Source: the human T2T-CHM13v2.0 reference genome, Homo sapiens
Assembly (NCBI GenBank): GCA_009914755.4
Contig: CP086569.2
Coordinates: 4,416,001-4,480,000 of the forward strand
Reading direction: 5' to 3'
DNA length: 64,000 nt
Shown here: positions 16,396 to 33,944 of the stretch, piece after piece
Numbering within the stretch: position 1 is the first letter of the stretch
How the letters are laid out: each line of letters begins with the position of its first letter
Notes under the pieces: generated by a model
The model's database searches: none
Seen by the model: the letters and a program-made list of their open reading frames with translations, nothing else
What the model was told of the DNA's origin: nothing
Made by a program: the position numbers and the translations under genes

Positions 16396-17411
16396 ATGGG
16401 GAAAAAAACAGAGCAGAAAAACTGGAAACTCTAAGGATCAGAGCACCTCTCCTCCTCCAAAGGAACGCAGCTCCTCACCAGCAATGGAACAAAGCTGCAC
16501 AGAGAATGACTTTGACGAGTTGAGAGAAGAAGGTTTCAGACGATCAAACTACTCTGAGCTAAAAGAGGAAGTTTGAACCCACGGCAAAGAAGTTTAAATC
16601 TTGAAAAAAAGTTAGCTGAATGGCTAACTAGAATAACCAATGCAGAGAAGTCCTTAAAGGACCTGATGGAGCTGAAAACCACGGCACGAGAACTACGTGA
16701 CAAATGCACAAGCCTCAGTAGCCAATTCAATCAACTGGAAGAAAGGGTATCAGTGATGGAAGATCAAATGAATGAAATGAAGTGAGAAGAGAAGTTTAGA
16801 GAAAAAAGAATAAAAAGAAACAAACAAAGCCTCCAAGAAATATGGGACTATGTGAAAAGACCAAATCTACGTCTGATTGGTGTACCTGAAAGTGACGGGG
16901 AGAATGGAACGAAGTTGGAAAACACTCTGCAGGATATTATCCAGGAGAACTTCCCCAATGTAGCAAGGCAGGCCAACATTCAAATTCAGGAAATACAGAG
17001 AATGCCACAAAGATACACCTTGAGAAGAGCAACTCCAAGACACATAATTGTCAGATTCATCAAAGTTGAAATGAAGGAAAAAATGTTAAGGGCAGCCAGA
17101 GAGAAAGGTTGGGTTACCCACAAAGGGAAGCCCATCAGACTAACAGCGGATCTCTCGGCAGAAACTCTACAAGCCAGAAGAGAGTGGGGGCCAATATTCA
17201 ACATCCTTAAAGAAAAGAATTTTCAACCCAGAATTTCATATCCAGCCAAACTAAATTTCATAAGTAAAGGAGAAATAAAATCCTTTACAGACAAGTAAAT
17301 GCTGAGAGATTTTGCCACCACCAGGTCTGCCCTAAAAGAGCTCCTGAAGGAAGCACTAAACATGGAAAGGAACAACCGGTACCAGCCACTGCAAAAACAT
17401 GCCAAATTGTA
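16396..17411 (+). pseudogene. L1PA ORF1 (ORF1p) remnant, disrupted by stop codons and frameshifts
   Basis: MGKKQSRKTGNSKDQSTSPPPKERSSSPAMEQS.. then ..MKRPNLRLIGVPESDGENGTKLENTLQDIIQENFPN..KGKPIRLTADLSAETLQARREWGPIFNILKEKNFQPRISYPAKLNFISKGEIKSFTDK (track ORF 16852..17298), about 90% identical to L1HS ORF1p. In-frame TGA at about 16507. Confidence 0.7.
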
Positions 17412-17475
17412 AAGACCATCGAGGCTAGGAAGAAACTACATCAACTAACGAGCAAAATAACCAGCTAACATCATA

Positions 17476-20045
<2,570 letters not shown>

Positions 20046-20062
20046 AATGCTTACACACTGTT
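20046..20062. repeat. Right target-site duplication of the L1PA insertion (aatgcttacacactgtt)
   Basis: Identical to 14944-14960. Implies first-strand nick at cactgTT|AATGG, which is L1 endonuclease-like TT|AA. Confidence 0.7.
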
Positions 20063-20230
20063 AATGGACATGTAAATTCGTCCAGTCACTGTGGAAACAG
20101 TCTGGAGATTTCTCAAAGAACTTAAAACAAAATTACCCTTTGACCCAAAAATCCCATTACTGGGTATATACCCAAAATAAAACAAATCATTCTACCAAAA
20201 GGACATGTGCGCTCATATGTTAATAGTGAA
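20063..20230 (+). mobile_element. Continuation (3' part) of the older L1 interrupted at 14958. It ends abruptly without a poly-A
   Basis: ..aatggacatgtaaattcgtccagtcactgtggaaacagtctggagatttctcaaagaacttaaaacaaaattaccctttgacccaaaaatcccattactgggtatatacccaaa.. matches the L1 ORF2 C-terminal region. Confidence 0.6.
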
Positions 20231-21894
20231 GGAGGTGAAATAATACCAAAATATTTCTTCTCCTCACTCAAAATTACAGAGTTAAAAGGGATTTCAAAGA
20301 TCGTTTTTAACTATCTCACCTTAAAAAATAAATAATTTCTAGGTTTGTTAAGAAGCAAAGTGATAGCTCCAAGATTATCCAGGAAGCATCATAATCAGTC
20401 TTTGATTTAACATTCTCTCCACATCCAAATTCAAAACTAAACGTCTCTCCTTTTTCTTTTCAAAAATCCCAATGTATATCTCTAATTATCTATTATCTTT
20501 TACTGAATTTATTTAATATCTGGTTCATTTACTTGATTAAAAACTCCTTGAAAAGAGAGATCCTTTTTATTCACATTTGCATTCATAGACACATACATCT
20601 CACTTTGTACATTTCAACTAATGTTTATTAAATAGACAAAATTATTAAATTCAAAAATAAGGGCTAGACATTGGTTTTATGGCTATTATTCTTTTTACAA
20701 TGTTATCCTGCCACTTCTATTCGTTTATTTTACCTACTAAAAATTAAATTATATAACCTACGTAGAAATTGTTTTTCTACTGAAATAGTTCTGTCTGCTT
20801 CAGGTTCCTCAAGATGCTGTAAGAAATGCTAAAATAATACATGTAAATTAAGAAAAACCTTTTGGCAAAGAATATATTGTTTTAAAATTCCAAGGTCAAG
20901 AGAATGATATGAAATATCCAAAACAGGAAAATATAAAGACAATTATTTGTGGTTTCCTGGGGCTTGAAGGAGAGGAGCTGGGGAGTGACTACTAATGGGT
21001 ATGTGGTTTATTTTTGGAATGATGAAAATGTTCCCAAATCAGATTATGATGATAGTCACACAACTCTTTATTCATTCTATAATCCACTGAATTGTACATT
21101 GTAAATAGGTGAACTTTATGGTATCTAAATTATATCTTAATAAAGCAGTTAAAAAATGCTCTCCCCAAATGGAAAAAAAAATGGTCCATAATAAAATTGG
21201 TTGATGAGAAAGTTTAAATGATTTGAACTCCTGTGATTTAAAATTCTGGATATACTTACTACTCTTTATATAAGAAAGTTACAATATTAAAAGGATAGAT
21301 ATATTAACAGTAAAAAATAATCGCTTGGAGGATAATCAGCCGTATCTGGGTTCCGATTAAAGCTCTACCACTTACCTGATGTGTAATCAAGTTACTTAAC
21401 CACCTTGAACTACCGTTTCCTCAGAGGAAAATAATAGTACCTAATTCACAGAGTTGTCATAAATATTAAATAAGACCTATTATATTCAGTGCTTAATTCC
21501 TCTTGTTATTCTTTCTCCACTTACTTTTATTTTATGCTATATCCAACTCTAGATTTTGGGGCCTAAGTCTACCCACATAATCACTTATTTCTTCTTTTCT
21601 TCATATGGATAATTTGCACTTTACAAGTGCAGAATTTAATATCTCATCTTGCAAACAGTCTCACCTTTGTTCCTCTTTGTTTTATATGAGAAAGCTTCAT
21701 GTGTCTACCTTCATCCTGCTAAACTCTATGTGGATTAGGAACATAAACTCTTAGGGCAAACTTATTGTATTTAAATTCCACTTCCAAAATTATTAACTAT
21801 TTGAACTTTGGTAAGTGACTGGCCTCTCTTGCCTCAGTTTCTTCATCTGTAAAGCAAAGATAAAAATAACGTTGACCTTATAGGCTTTAATACT

Positions 21895-22765
21895 GAGGTG
21901 TCTTAGTTCATTACGTGTTGCTATAACAGAAAACCTGAGGCTGAGTAATTTATTTTAGAAAAATAGGTTTATTTAGCTCACAATTCTTCAGGCTAGGAAG
22001 ATCAAGGGATGAAAGATCTTCAGGCTAGGAAGATGTACTTGGCTTCTCATGAGGACTTTTGTACTGCATTATAACATGCCAGAGAAAGTCAATGGAGAAG
22101 CAGACACACGTACAGAGACAAAACATGAGGGGCATCCTGCTTTTATAAGAACCCACTGTTAAAAGAAAAACCTCAAACATATTGAATTTAACAGAGTTTC
22201 ATTAAGCAAAGAACAATTTGTGAATGTGGAATTACCTCCTAACCAGAATAGCTTGAGGAAGATTCCAAGATGCTGTACGGTCGGATAGGATTTTTGGACA
22301 GAAAAAGGAAAGTGATGTACAGAAAATAGAAGTGAAATACAGAAACAGCTGGATTGGTTACAGCCTGGCCTTTGCCTTATTTGTACACAGTTTGAACAGT
22401 TGGCTGCCTGTGGCTAGCTGCAACTCAGTAATTCGTACAGTAGGAAATTATAGTCTATTTACACATCCAATTAGTTTACAGTTCACTAAATACTGAGAAA
22501 TGTTTCAGGACAAGCTTAAAATATGTAAGCAGACAGCTTTAGGCTAAATTTTAACACCCACTCTCAAGAGAATATTTTCAGTCTCTTGAGAATGAGAACT
22601 TATTCTCTACCACAAACCACGCCACGTAATTTATGAGAGATTCATCCTCATAATCCAAACACCTCCCTTTAGTCCCCACTTTCCAATACAACAAAACTGG
22701 GGATCAAATTTCAACATGAGTTTTGTTGGGGACAAGCAAACTATATCCAAGCCATAACATGAGGA
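21895..22765 (-). mobile_element. MaLR-type LTR (MLT1/MST/THE1-like, diverged), possibly with internal duplication
   Basis: 22690-22765 (..gtccccactttccaatacaacaaaactggggatcaaatttcaacatgagttttgttggggacaagcaaactatatccaagccataaca) is the reverse complement of the MaLR LTR 5' end (TGATATGGTTTGGCTGTGTCCCCACCCAAATCTCATCTTGAATTGTA..). 21930-22140 resembles the ..gtttatttggctcacagttctgcaggct..cttggcttctg.. LTR 3' region. Confidence 0.5.
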
Positions 22766-23443
22766 TAGTACCTGCTAAATAGAAAGTTCACAGTCAATAT
22801 TGAATATCAAAAATGATTAATAAGTCTAATTATTCTCATAAAAATCTTCAAATTGTGGATCCATAAAGACTCTGGAGTTGCTTGTATTTTCCAATAAATA
22901 CTCTTATTCACTCTCTTAAACAAACTATTTTATTCTACACTTTATCCCAACAGAACCCTAACCCTTTATAGGGACCCTATATAACTGTAACCCTTTTCCT
23001 TACTATGTTTATTTCTTTATTATGCCTTAGCCTAGCTGGACTTGCAAAAAATAATATATTCATAGTCTGTGTTCATTCAGCACCCAGTTATGAAGAATCA
23101 GAAGACTACCTGGGAGGTCAAAGATTTTTACTTGCTCTAGAGTAGCTCAAAAAGGCTACTTGGACACAAAGGTACAAAGTAGGCAAGGGAGATTCTCCAG
23201 AATACATCTAAGGTAAGTAATATAACCTCTAGAACATCTATGTATTCTTGATTTTTTAAAAAACTCTTTTCATTTTTGTGGGATCATAGTAGGTGATATA
23301 TTTATGGGGTACATGAGATATTAGTATTTTGATACAGGCATGTAATGTGAAATAATCACATCATTGAGAATGAGATATCCATCCACTCAAGCATTTATCC
23401 TCTGTGTTACAAGCAACCCAATTACATTATTTTAGTTATTTTA

Positions 23444-23774
<331 letters not shown>

Positions 23775-25607
23775 TATTTTAGTTATTTTAAAATGTACAC
23801 ATTATTATCAACTATCCTGTTGTGCTATCAAATAGTAGGTCTTATTCATTCTTTCTAACTATTAACATTCCCTATTAACACTCCCTACCTGCTTCCCAAA
23901 CCCCCACTACCCTTTCCAGCCTCTGGTAACAATTTTTCTACTGCACATGTCCATGAGTTCAATTGTTTTGATTTTTAGATCCCACAGATAAGTGAAAGCA
24001 TGTGATGTTTGTTTTTCTTAGCCTGGCTTACTTCTCTTAACATAATGACATCCAGTTCCATCCATATTGTTGCAAATGACAGAATCTCATTCTTTTTTTC
24101 ATGGCCGAATAGTATGCCATTATGTATATTAGAACATTATCCATTCATCTGTTGATGGTCACTGAAATTGCTTCCTTATCAGCTATGTGAACAGTGCTGC
24201 AACTAACATGGGAATGCAGATATTTCTCTGATATACTTATTTCTTTTCTTTTGAGTATATACCCAGTAATGGGATTGCTGGATCATATGGTAGCTCTATT
24301 TTTTGCTTTTCTGAGGAAGCTCCAAACTGTTTTCTGCAGCGGTTGTACTAATTTACATTCCCACCAACAGTGTGTGAGGATTCTCTTTTCTCCACATTCA
24401 CACCAGCATTTGTTATTGCTTGTCTTTGGATAAAAGACAGTTTAACTGGGGTAAGAGAATATCTCATTGTACTTTTACTTTTCATTTCTCTGATGATCAA
24501 TGACGTTGAGCACTTTTGCCATTTGTATGTCTTCTTTTAAGAAATGTCTATTTAAATGTTTTGCCCAGCTTTTTATTGAACTATTAGATACTTTCCTACA
24601 GAGTTGTTTGAACTACTTATGTCTTCTGGTTATTAATCCCTTGTCAGGTGGATAGTTTGCAAATATTTTCTTCCATGCTGTGGGTTATCTCTTCATTTTG
24701 TTGATAGTTTTCTTTGCTGTGCAGAAGCTTTTTAAATTGATGTGATCCATTTTGTCTTTGGTTGCCACTTGTGGGGTATTGCTCAAGAAACTTTTGCCCA
24801 GACCAATGTCTTGAAGACGTTTCCCAAAGTTTTCTTGAAGTAATTTCATAGTTTATGTCTTAGATTTAAGTCTTTCATCCATTTTTATTTGATTTGTGTA
24901 TGTGTCAAGAGATAGGGTCTATTTTCATTCTTCTGCATATGGATACTCAGTTTTCCCAGTACAATTTATTGAAGAGACTGTTTTTTCCTCGGTGTATGTT
25001 CTTGGCACCTTTGTGGAAATTGAGCTCACTGTAGGTATGTGGATTTGTTTCTGGGTTCTCTCTTCTGTTCCATTGGTCTATGTGTCTGTTTTTGTTTAAG
25101 CCAGTACCATACTGTTTGGGTTACTATAGCTCTGTATTATAATTTGAAGTCAGGTACTGTGATTCCTCGAGCTTTGTTCTTTTGCTCAGGATAGTGCGGG
25201 CTATTCTGGGCCTTTTGTGGTTCTGTATAAAATTTAGGATAGTTTTTCCTATTTATGCAAAGAATTCACTGGTATTTTGACAGGGATTGCATTGAATCTG
25301 TAGATAGCTTTGGAGAATAAAGGCATTTTAACAATATTGATTCTTCCAATCCATGAACATTGACTATTTTTCCATTTCTTGGTGTCCTTTTCAACTTCTT
25401 TCCTCAGTGTTTTATAATTTTCATTATCGAGATATTTCACCTGCTTGGTTAATTTTTAGGTATTTAGTTTTGTGTGTGGCTATTGTAAATGGAATTACTT
25501 TTTAAATTTCTTTTTCAGATTGTTCCCTGTTGACATTTAGAAATGCTACTGATTTTTTATGTTAATTTTGTATTCTCCAACATTTTTTTGCTTTTTAGTT
25601 TTAATTG

Positions 25608-25654
<47 letters not shown>

Positions 25655-25660
25655 TGTGTG
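25608..25660. repeat. (GT)n microsatellite, about 26 units
   Basis: gtgtgtgtgtgtgtgtgtgt... read directly. It creates the poly-CV stretch in track ORF 25559..26017. Confidence 0.9.
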
Positions 25661-26216
25661 TTTGTGGAGTATTTAGTATTTTCCAAATGTAAAATCATAT
25701 CATCTGCAAACAAGTATAATTTGACTTCTTCCTTTCCAATTCAGATATCCTTTATATCTTTCTCTTGTCTGATTGCTCTAACTAGGACTTCCATTTCTAT
25801 GTTAAATAACAGCAGTGACAGTGGGCATCCTTGTTGTGTTCCAGATCTTAGAAAAAAGGCTTTCAGTTCTTTCTTGTTCAGTAGGATACCAGCTGTGAGT
25901 CTGTCATACTTGACTTTTATGTTGAGGTATATTCCTTCTACACCCAGTTTTTTGAGAGTTTTTATCATAAGGGAAGTTAAAAGTTATCAAATGCTATTTG
26001 GGCATCAATTAAAATGACTATGATATTTTTCCTCATTCTGTTGATATGATGGGTCACATTGACTGATTTGCATATGTTAAACCATCCTTGCATCACAGGG
26101 ATAAATCCCACTTGGTCATGATGAATGATCTTTCTAATGTATTGTTGAACTTGGTTTTCTAGTATTTCATTGAGAATTTTTGCATGAATATTCATCAGAG
26201 ATATTGGTCTGTAGTT

Positions 26217-26266
26217 TTTGTTTTGTTTTGTTTTGTTTTGTTTTGTTTTGTTTTGTTTGAGGTGTT
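26217..26266. repeat. (TTTTG)n microsatellite, about 9 units
   Basis: ttttgttttgttttgttttgttttg... read directly. Confidence 0.9.
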
Positions 26267-27671
26267 TGTCTGGTTTTGGTATCAAGGTAATACTGGCCTC
26301 ATAGAATGAGTTTGAAGGTGTTCCCTCCTCTTCTATTTTCTGGAATAGTTTGAGTAAGAATGTTATTTGTTCTTCTTTAAATGTTTGATAGAATTCAGCA
26401 ATGAAGCCATCAGGTCCCAGGCTTTTCTTTACTGGGAGGATTTTATTATGCCTTTGATCTTGTTATTTGTTATTGTTCTGTTCAGGTTTTGGATTTCTTC
26501 ATGGTTTAATCTTGGTAGATTGTATGTGTCTAAAAATTTATTCACTTCATCTAGTTTTCCCAATTTATTGGCATATAGCTGCTCATAGTAGCCCCTAATG
26601 AATTTAAATTTCTGCAGTATCAGTTCTAATGTCTACTTTTTCATTTCTGCTTTTATTTATTTGTATCTTCTCTCTTTTTCTCTTAGATACTCTGGCTACA
26701 CATTTATCAATTTTGTTTAGCCTTCCAAAAATAAATATTCTTGATTTTTTACATACTGTAAATAAGTATCTGTGTCATCTTTGCAGTTAACTTCCCATTG
26801 ATTAATAATTGAGAAACATTTAAAAATCTCTTTCTCTGCAAAAATAGAATATTTTAAGATTTTTATAAAGTAATATAGAAAGTTCTGTGCTGCACTCAAA
26901 TCAAGACAATATTTTGTTTAAGTATTATGGTAATGATAGCTGTTCAGAGAAACTCAATGGCTATTTTTTTTGTTACTGGCAGTCATAGTAGTGCCCTGGG
27001 CAAAGTTATGAAAGGCTCATTAACATTATTAACCATAATAAACCAGCGTTTTTATTATATTAAGTCAATTTTTTTTTCACAGCATTTAAAATATTTTGAA
27101 ACAGAATTGGCATATTATGTACTTTCTTTAATATCCATGGGTTTATATATATTAATAGATTAAGCAGCAAATGAGTGTTTGCCTTTGGACAGTTTGAACA
27201 TTGCATTAAGCTCCTTATAAGTTTCTCATTTTCTTTCTTTAGCCTTACTTGTTCCTGACTTTTAATAGTCCGATATGCATCACGTCATTTTTTCATTAGT
27301 GCTGCTACCATGAGCATTTATGATAATTCAGTGTATGTGCCATAGTTATTACTGTAAGCCTCTGAACTGAGAATTAAACCTCATAAAGTCAGTTAACTGT
27401 GTAGAATATTTCAGTCTATCACGGTCAATTATTCTTAAAGACTATAGCCTCCCACCCAGTGCACTGAGTAACTCAAGAAATAGGAAGATATTTTCATTTA
27501 TATAATAAGGTTGACATGTGCCTTTACAATCCTCTTGAGCATGTCAATAAAAACATACCATACTTTCTATAAACAATTGTTACCATGCCCTCTAATTGTT
27601 GATATCTGATAAAATCTTCTATCTTATATTTGATACACTTATGCACAACATAATGATATACAATAATATGC

Positions 27672-28080
27672 CAATATTTTGTTTCAGTATTATAGTAATG
27701 ATAGCTGATATATGATAGTGGCCTCATCAGATCATAATACCATTTTTTATCATACTCTTTCTATGTTTAGATATATTTAGATATAGAAATGCTTGCCATT
27801 GTGTTACAGTTGCCTACAGGATTCAATACAGTAACATTGTATACAGGTTTGTAGTGTAAGAGCAATAGACTATAACATGTAGCCTAGGTGTGTGGTAGGC
27901 TGTACCATCAAGATTTACGTAAGTACACTCTATGATGTTCACACAATGAAAAAAAAAATTTCTAATGATGCATTTTTCAGAACGTATTCCTGTCATTAAT
28001 CAACACATAACTGTATTCAAATATATGATCAATAGCTATAAACCACGGATTCATATAGACCATTTGATAGTTATAAAGCT
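27672..28080. repeat. Probable ancient interspersed repeat (MER/DNA-transposon-like), unclassified
   Basis: ..tagcctaggtgtgtggtaggctgtaccatcaagatttacgtaagtacactctatgatgttcacacaatga..gatgcatttttcagaacgtattcctgtcattaatcaacacataactgta.. resembles a common human MER-type consensus recalled from memory. I cannot name the family. Confidence 0.3.
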
Positions 28081-29734
28081 TGAAGATACCAGATAATACT
28101 TCATTTTGTAAAATTCAGGAAAAATAAAAAGATTTGGCACATGACAGATACATATCTGTGGATGTAGGTTTTTTTTTGCTGTAGTTTTCATTTCTTCAAT
28201 GTGTGTTATGTGAAATTTACAGGTTTATACATATGTAATAAATATTTAGCTTTTTTTGTTCTTGAAATGTGTTAATATTATTTACATTTAAGCTATTTAC
28301 TATCTATGTTTTAAAGACTTACCTATATATTATTTGCACATATTTCCATTCAAAAAGAAAAAACATATCATCAAAGAAACAAATAAATGAAATTTATGCT
28401 CCTAACTATCATTAAAAAAAAACTTGTTAGGCAGTAAGAAATGACTGAGGATTTTTTATATACTCCAAGGGTGATTTGTTTCTATTGGTGGAGGTAATTA
28501 TATTGCATTGTAACTTCAACATGCATTCTACATTAACTTTTGTAAATAGCAACAGCAAACAGTTGTTTCTAAACTCATCTTCAAAAAAAAGGTTCAGTAT
28601 TGGCAGAAAAGTATAGAACATACTATTTTAGATAAAAATATTAAGAGAATTCTGAGAATGAAGTAGACTTAAAGTTGAAGACAAAAAGAAAATGCTTGTA
28701 TGTATTAAAATAAATGAAATGACATATTGTGGCCAATACTATGCCCCACAGGTTTTATGGATGTTAAATAATTTAATATATATAAAGACATACTAGTATC
28801 ATTATTTCAGAAGTGAGCAATCTCAGACTCTGAGGCTGCAAGTAACTTGCCCATGATTATGTTGCTAGTAAATGATATAAAGATGCTGAAATGCAGATAG
28901 ATTTGTTCTTGATACTTGCTCTTATCCACAACAATATACTGCCTCCCAGAAGGAGGAATACATTCATTTGTAAAAGAAAGTGAAGCAACTGAAGGAACAG
29001 ATCGTGTTTGCAAAGTGTACTACCTCTAGTTATAATGACCAACATATGAGCTTGCTTCCTAAGGCCAACCGACCTAAAGTAACAACTAATTAACAGGAAC
29101 TGGTTTCCACTCTGGGAGTCAAATATGTGAAAAGTTGCATTTAAAAAACTAATAATTAATGTAATTTTATTTAACTATTTTTGAAAAATACTTCTTTATT
29201 CTCCAAAGTATACTTTAAATTTTTATTCAAATTCATGTAAAGCACTGACAAAGTGGTCAAAAACATTCCATGAATAAATTTAGGGGAATTACTTTATTAA
29301 AAAACCTCAAAGACACTTTCTGTGTGTGTGTGTGGATATACTAGGTGAAGTGTTTATCCTTTGGGACACTGAACAAACCTCAGCTTTTTAATACATGTTT
29401 TTCTGACTCTCTTAGAGAGTATTTGTCAATCTTTCCTTTTTTCTGAACCAATTTTCTCATACCTTCCATGGCAATTCACACATTGCAATGAAATTATATT
29501 TTCATGCTTACTTCATTAAGTAAACTGCATCGAACACAGGTAGAATTGGGTGTTTATTCCATCTCTGTAGTCCCACCACTAAATAAGAGGCTGAATACAT
29601 GTGTAATAGTGTAATAAAAAGCACATGTGCTTAATTATATTTTAAAGCAGAGGTGGAAAATACGTTTTGAATTCAGAGTAAGATTTCAAATGTGATGTTT
29701 GAATCTGAACAAAATATTAGGTTTTTAAAAATAT

Positions 29735-30098
<364 letters not shown>

Positions 30099-31271
30099 TC
30101 ACTTTCAAATGGATTTTCATAAGAGCATTAGCAAAAATGCCAGTTTTATGAAAGTTCAGACACTGTAACACATGGCCAAGGTATTACCAAGCTAAATATA
30201 TGATTATTTTCTTCCCCCCCGCCCTTTAAGAATGAATACATACACAGGAAGAGTGTCTAGGAAATCTCCACATACCCCATTCCCAAACATACACAAAAAT
30301 TAGCTAGGTTTCGGTAAAAACAAAATGTCATAAGGGGGAGCATTTAGGTGTGGTTGACTTTTTAAAGTTCTGAATATAATAATACAAAATCTGTTTAAAT
30401 ATTTGAAATGTTTTAAGAACATACTGACAGGCTGCTAGTTTCATTATTGAATGTTTCTTCCAGAGAATCTTCAGTTTCCCAAAGGAGTTGTGTGCACAAT
30501 TGCTTTTGCTATTATTAATTTATGGTAACTTGTTCACTTGTTCTCAAGTAGTTCTGTTTGTAGCTACATTTTATGGTGTGCCACTAAACTGCAATAGTCT
30601 CTGAGTGCATTTCTTAAGCAAAATATAAGGTAATTACAATGGTAGCTTGACAATGAAAGAGGAAAACATTCTACTCTATACATGACTACTTTATCTTCAT
30701 GTTTTTAATAGTCTATGGAACAAATTAATTGTTAACAACAAAGTTCCTAACCTATAGTCAGAATAAATTCCACCTATATTGTTCATAAACATCTCAGCAA
30801 CTATCAAAGTGTTTACTTACATAAGGTAGGAAATGATAAATTATGTAAAATGATTGTTTGGAAATAAAACCAGTAACTAGACATTCTTTTAGAATGTCTC
30901 CTCAAAGCAAATTCTACTTTTAGGTGTTTTTTTATCCTACCTGTCTCCTTCTCATGAAAATCTCATATTCAATTTCACAGCACCACTGTTTCAATAGAGA
31001 TTACTATCCCCTTTAAGAAGAAGATTATTGGCCAAGCCCAAAACTAATAATAATTTGATTACTGGAAATTATTTATTTCAGATGAGACAATTTATTGATC
31101 AGTATTTAGGTTTAAGTAAACAAAAGACTTTAATTTTGTCTAAAAATTAATTTATAAAAATGGAAATAGTGGCCAGATACCAACTCTTGACAGCTTTGCC
31201 AGATTAGATGACTTCTATCTGGTGACAAGGGATTAAGATTCCCAAGAAAGAATTAAAAATATTCAATATTG

Positions 31272-31620
<349 letters not shown>

Positions 31621-33944
31621 TTAATATTTTACATTTATGAGGCTTCTTTTGGTACTAATAGTACAAAGAATTAATGTACTAAAAACATAATTTCACAATA
31701 GCTAATGAAACTCATAGGACGGTCTTGTGAATACATATTGGAATAGCTTTAAAAACCGTCATCATATGGTTTTAACATGAAGTATTCAATAAGGGTGCAA
31801 AGTGAGACATAGTTCAAATTTTACAGACTTACGTTTCCTTTCTCAGCCTCTGAACTAGTGTCTAAAATTATTCATCAGCATAACTACTCTAGAATACATT
31901 TTGGTTTCTTAAATATGACCTTTTATGATGGAATGAGTTTAGTTCTACTAAAAAATGAATTAATGGGGCAGAAGAAGGGAAGTGAAAACGAAGTGAATAA
32001 AAAATAAATTTCTTCAGATCTAAGATTTATAAGGTCATCCTTTTCCCAAAATGTACCAATTTATGTTTTCAAAAAGATATCATTATTCTAATATTCAGTA
32101 ACTTTGCAATGAATGTTGATCTATCATAAACACTATTACATATACTTGCTATTTCATAAGTATTTCATCTCAGAAGCCTGCTGTGCTTTTCTGGTCTTCT
32201 AATTAATCAGCTTTTCCCACCTTGTGATTGTCTAATTTTCACTTAATTGCTTTACAGTAATAAAGTTTATCTTGCATTCTTCTCCCATCAGGGTGAGACT
32301 TTTTAAAATGCAACAAATCTTCAACCTGTAGAGCTGAAGATGATACATTATATTAGGATGGTTTCTCTTCCTCTGAGATTTAGAAAATTACATTTTCAAC
32401 TGAAGGTTGAAAAGATTATTATGAGCCACCTATAGCCAGTTGTTCATCACTTATTGAATGTCATAAATAAACAATTTTTGGAAAAGAACATTTTTCAAGG
32501 AAAAGAAGGCAATATGAAACAATATTATACCAAATCTATTTCCTTTTTATTGACTGTTGATATGAGATCTCTTTCATACTCACAGTTTCACGAACTTATT
32601 TTCTAAAACTTATTTTGCTACTTCTACAACTCATTGGCAAATGCTCAAACATTAATTTGAGCTACTGATTAAATAATACAATAACTAAAGAAATCTCATG
32701 TTTATTTTTATTATGCTCATCCTTTTCTTTAATAAGAATCTATACATTAGCTGCACATTTACAGTCATGACAAAACTTCTTTTATGTTTGATACCATATA
32801 CACTACTGTAATAATTTGCATATTAAGCATAAAGCTGTAGCAATCATGTAAATTAATATATACCTTTTAATATAGTCACCATTTAGACTCGGAACAATTA
32901 TTTAGACCTCATTTTTATATCCTGGTTTTACTGTATCTAAAAACAATAAAGCAGTGGAGCCTTAAAGATAAAGCCTCTGCATATAAAAGCTTTGTTCTTA
33001 AAGGACCTAGCTCAATTCTGCTATCAGAATGAAGAAAGTCGGTAAGACTACTCCCTTCACCAAACTTTTCAATAACATTAATGTCTATAACAGAAACCAC
33101 TAATCATTTTTCTTACAGGTCACTCAAGAATATTACAAATTTTCAGTCTGTGATCTTTGTGAATTTAATGTTAGTTTATCTGGTTTGAAAAGCCAATATG
33201 AAGATGGATCAATAATCACTCAGCTATGTAACTGTTATTTGCCTCTCAACATTTGAGGTAAAATATAAAAACAGAACTGCTCTATTCTGAGCTTCCAAAT
33301 TTGTAAATTCTCTATTGTATACACCTAGATGAAATTTGAAGAAAATTTGTTTCTTTTACCTTCAAATATGATTAATTAATTCCAGTAAGTGCTTAATGCC
33401 TTTAAACAATACTTAGCACAGCTGCCTGTGGAACTCAGTATTTAGTTTTTGTTAATGGGGTAATCAGTTGTGACAGACCAATGATATCACAAGATGGGTA
33501 CACTTTTGATTTTATGTAGTCAATATTGCCATTGAGGTTTAAGAGATTCTTTTGTTTAAAAAATGACAACATAAAATTACGTACTGCCTTTTAAATAGTT
33601 AGAAACTTAATTATAATCACTAGCTGTATGATTTTAACATAAAATGACAAAATGTTTTAGGTTTGATTTGTAAAATCTGTACTTCTAATATAACCTCCAT
33701 TATTCCCAAACATTGTTGTTACTGGAGCTTCATGTGGCTACAAAACTGCCAACAAGAGTGTCTCTAATGAGTACTACAATTGCAAAACGCCATAAGCATC
33801 CCAGTCTTGGTTTCATAAAAGAGATGATGAGTTATCTCATGAATACCGTTATGCCACAAAAAACAAGGAAACTTTGCTGTCATGGTGTTTTCTTGATACT
33901 AAAACTCAGTGTAGTGAATTAGATGACTACATGAGCAACATTTG

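Noticed and set aside
25559-26017. 152-aa plus-strand ORF
   Set aside because: Contains a (CV)n run produced by the (GT)26 microsatellite and sits on the antisense strand of L1 ORF2, so it is an artefact of low complexity.
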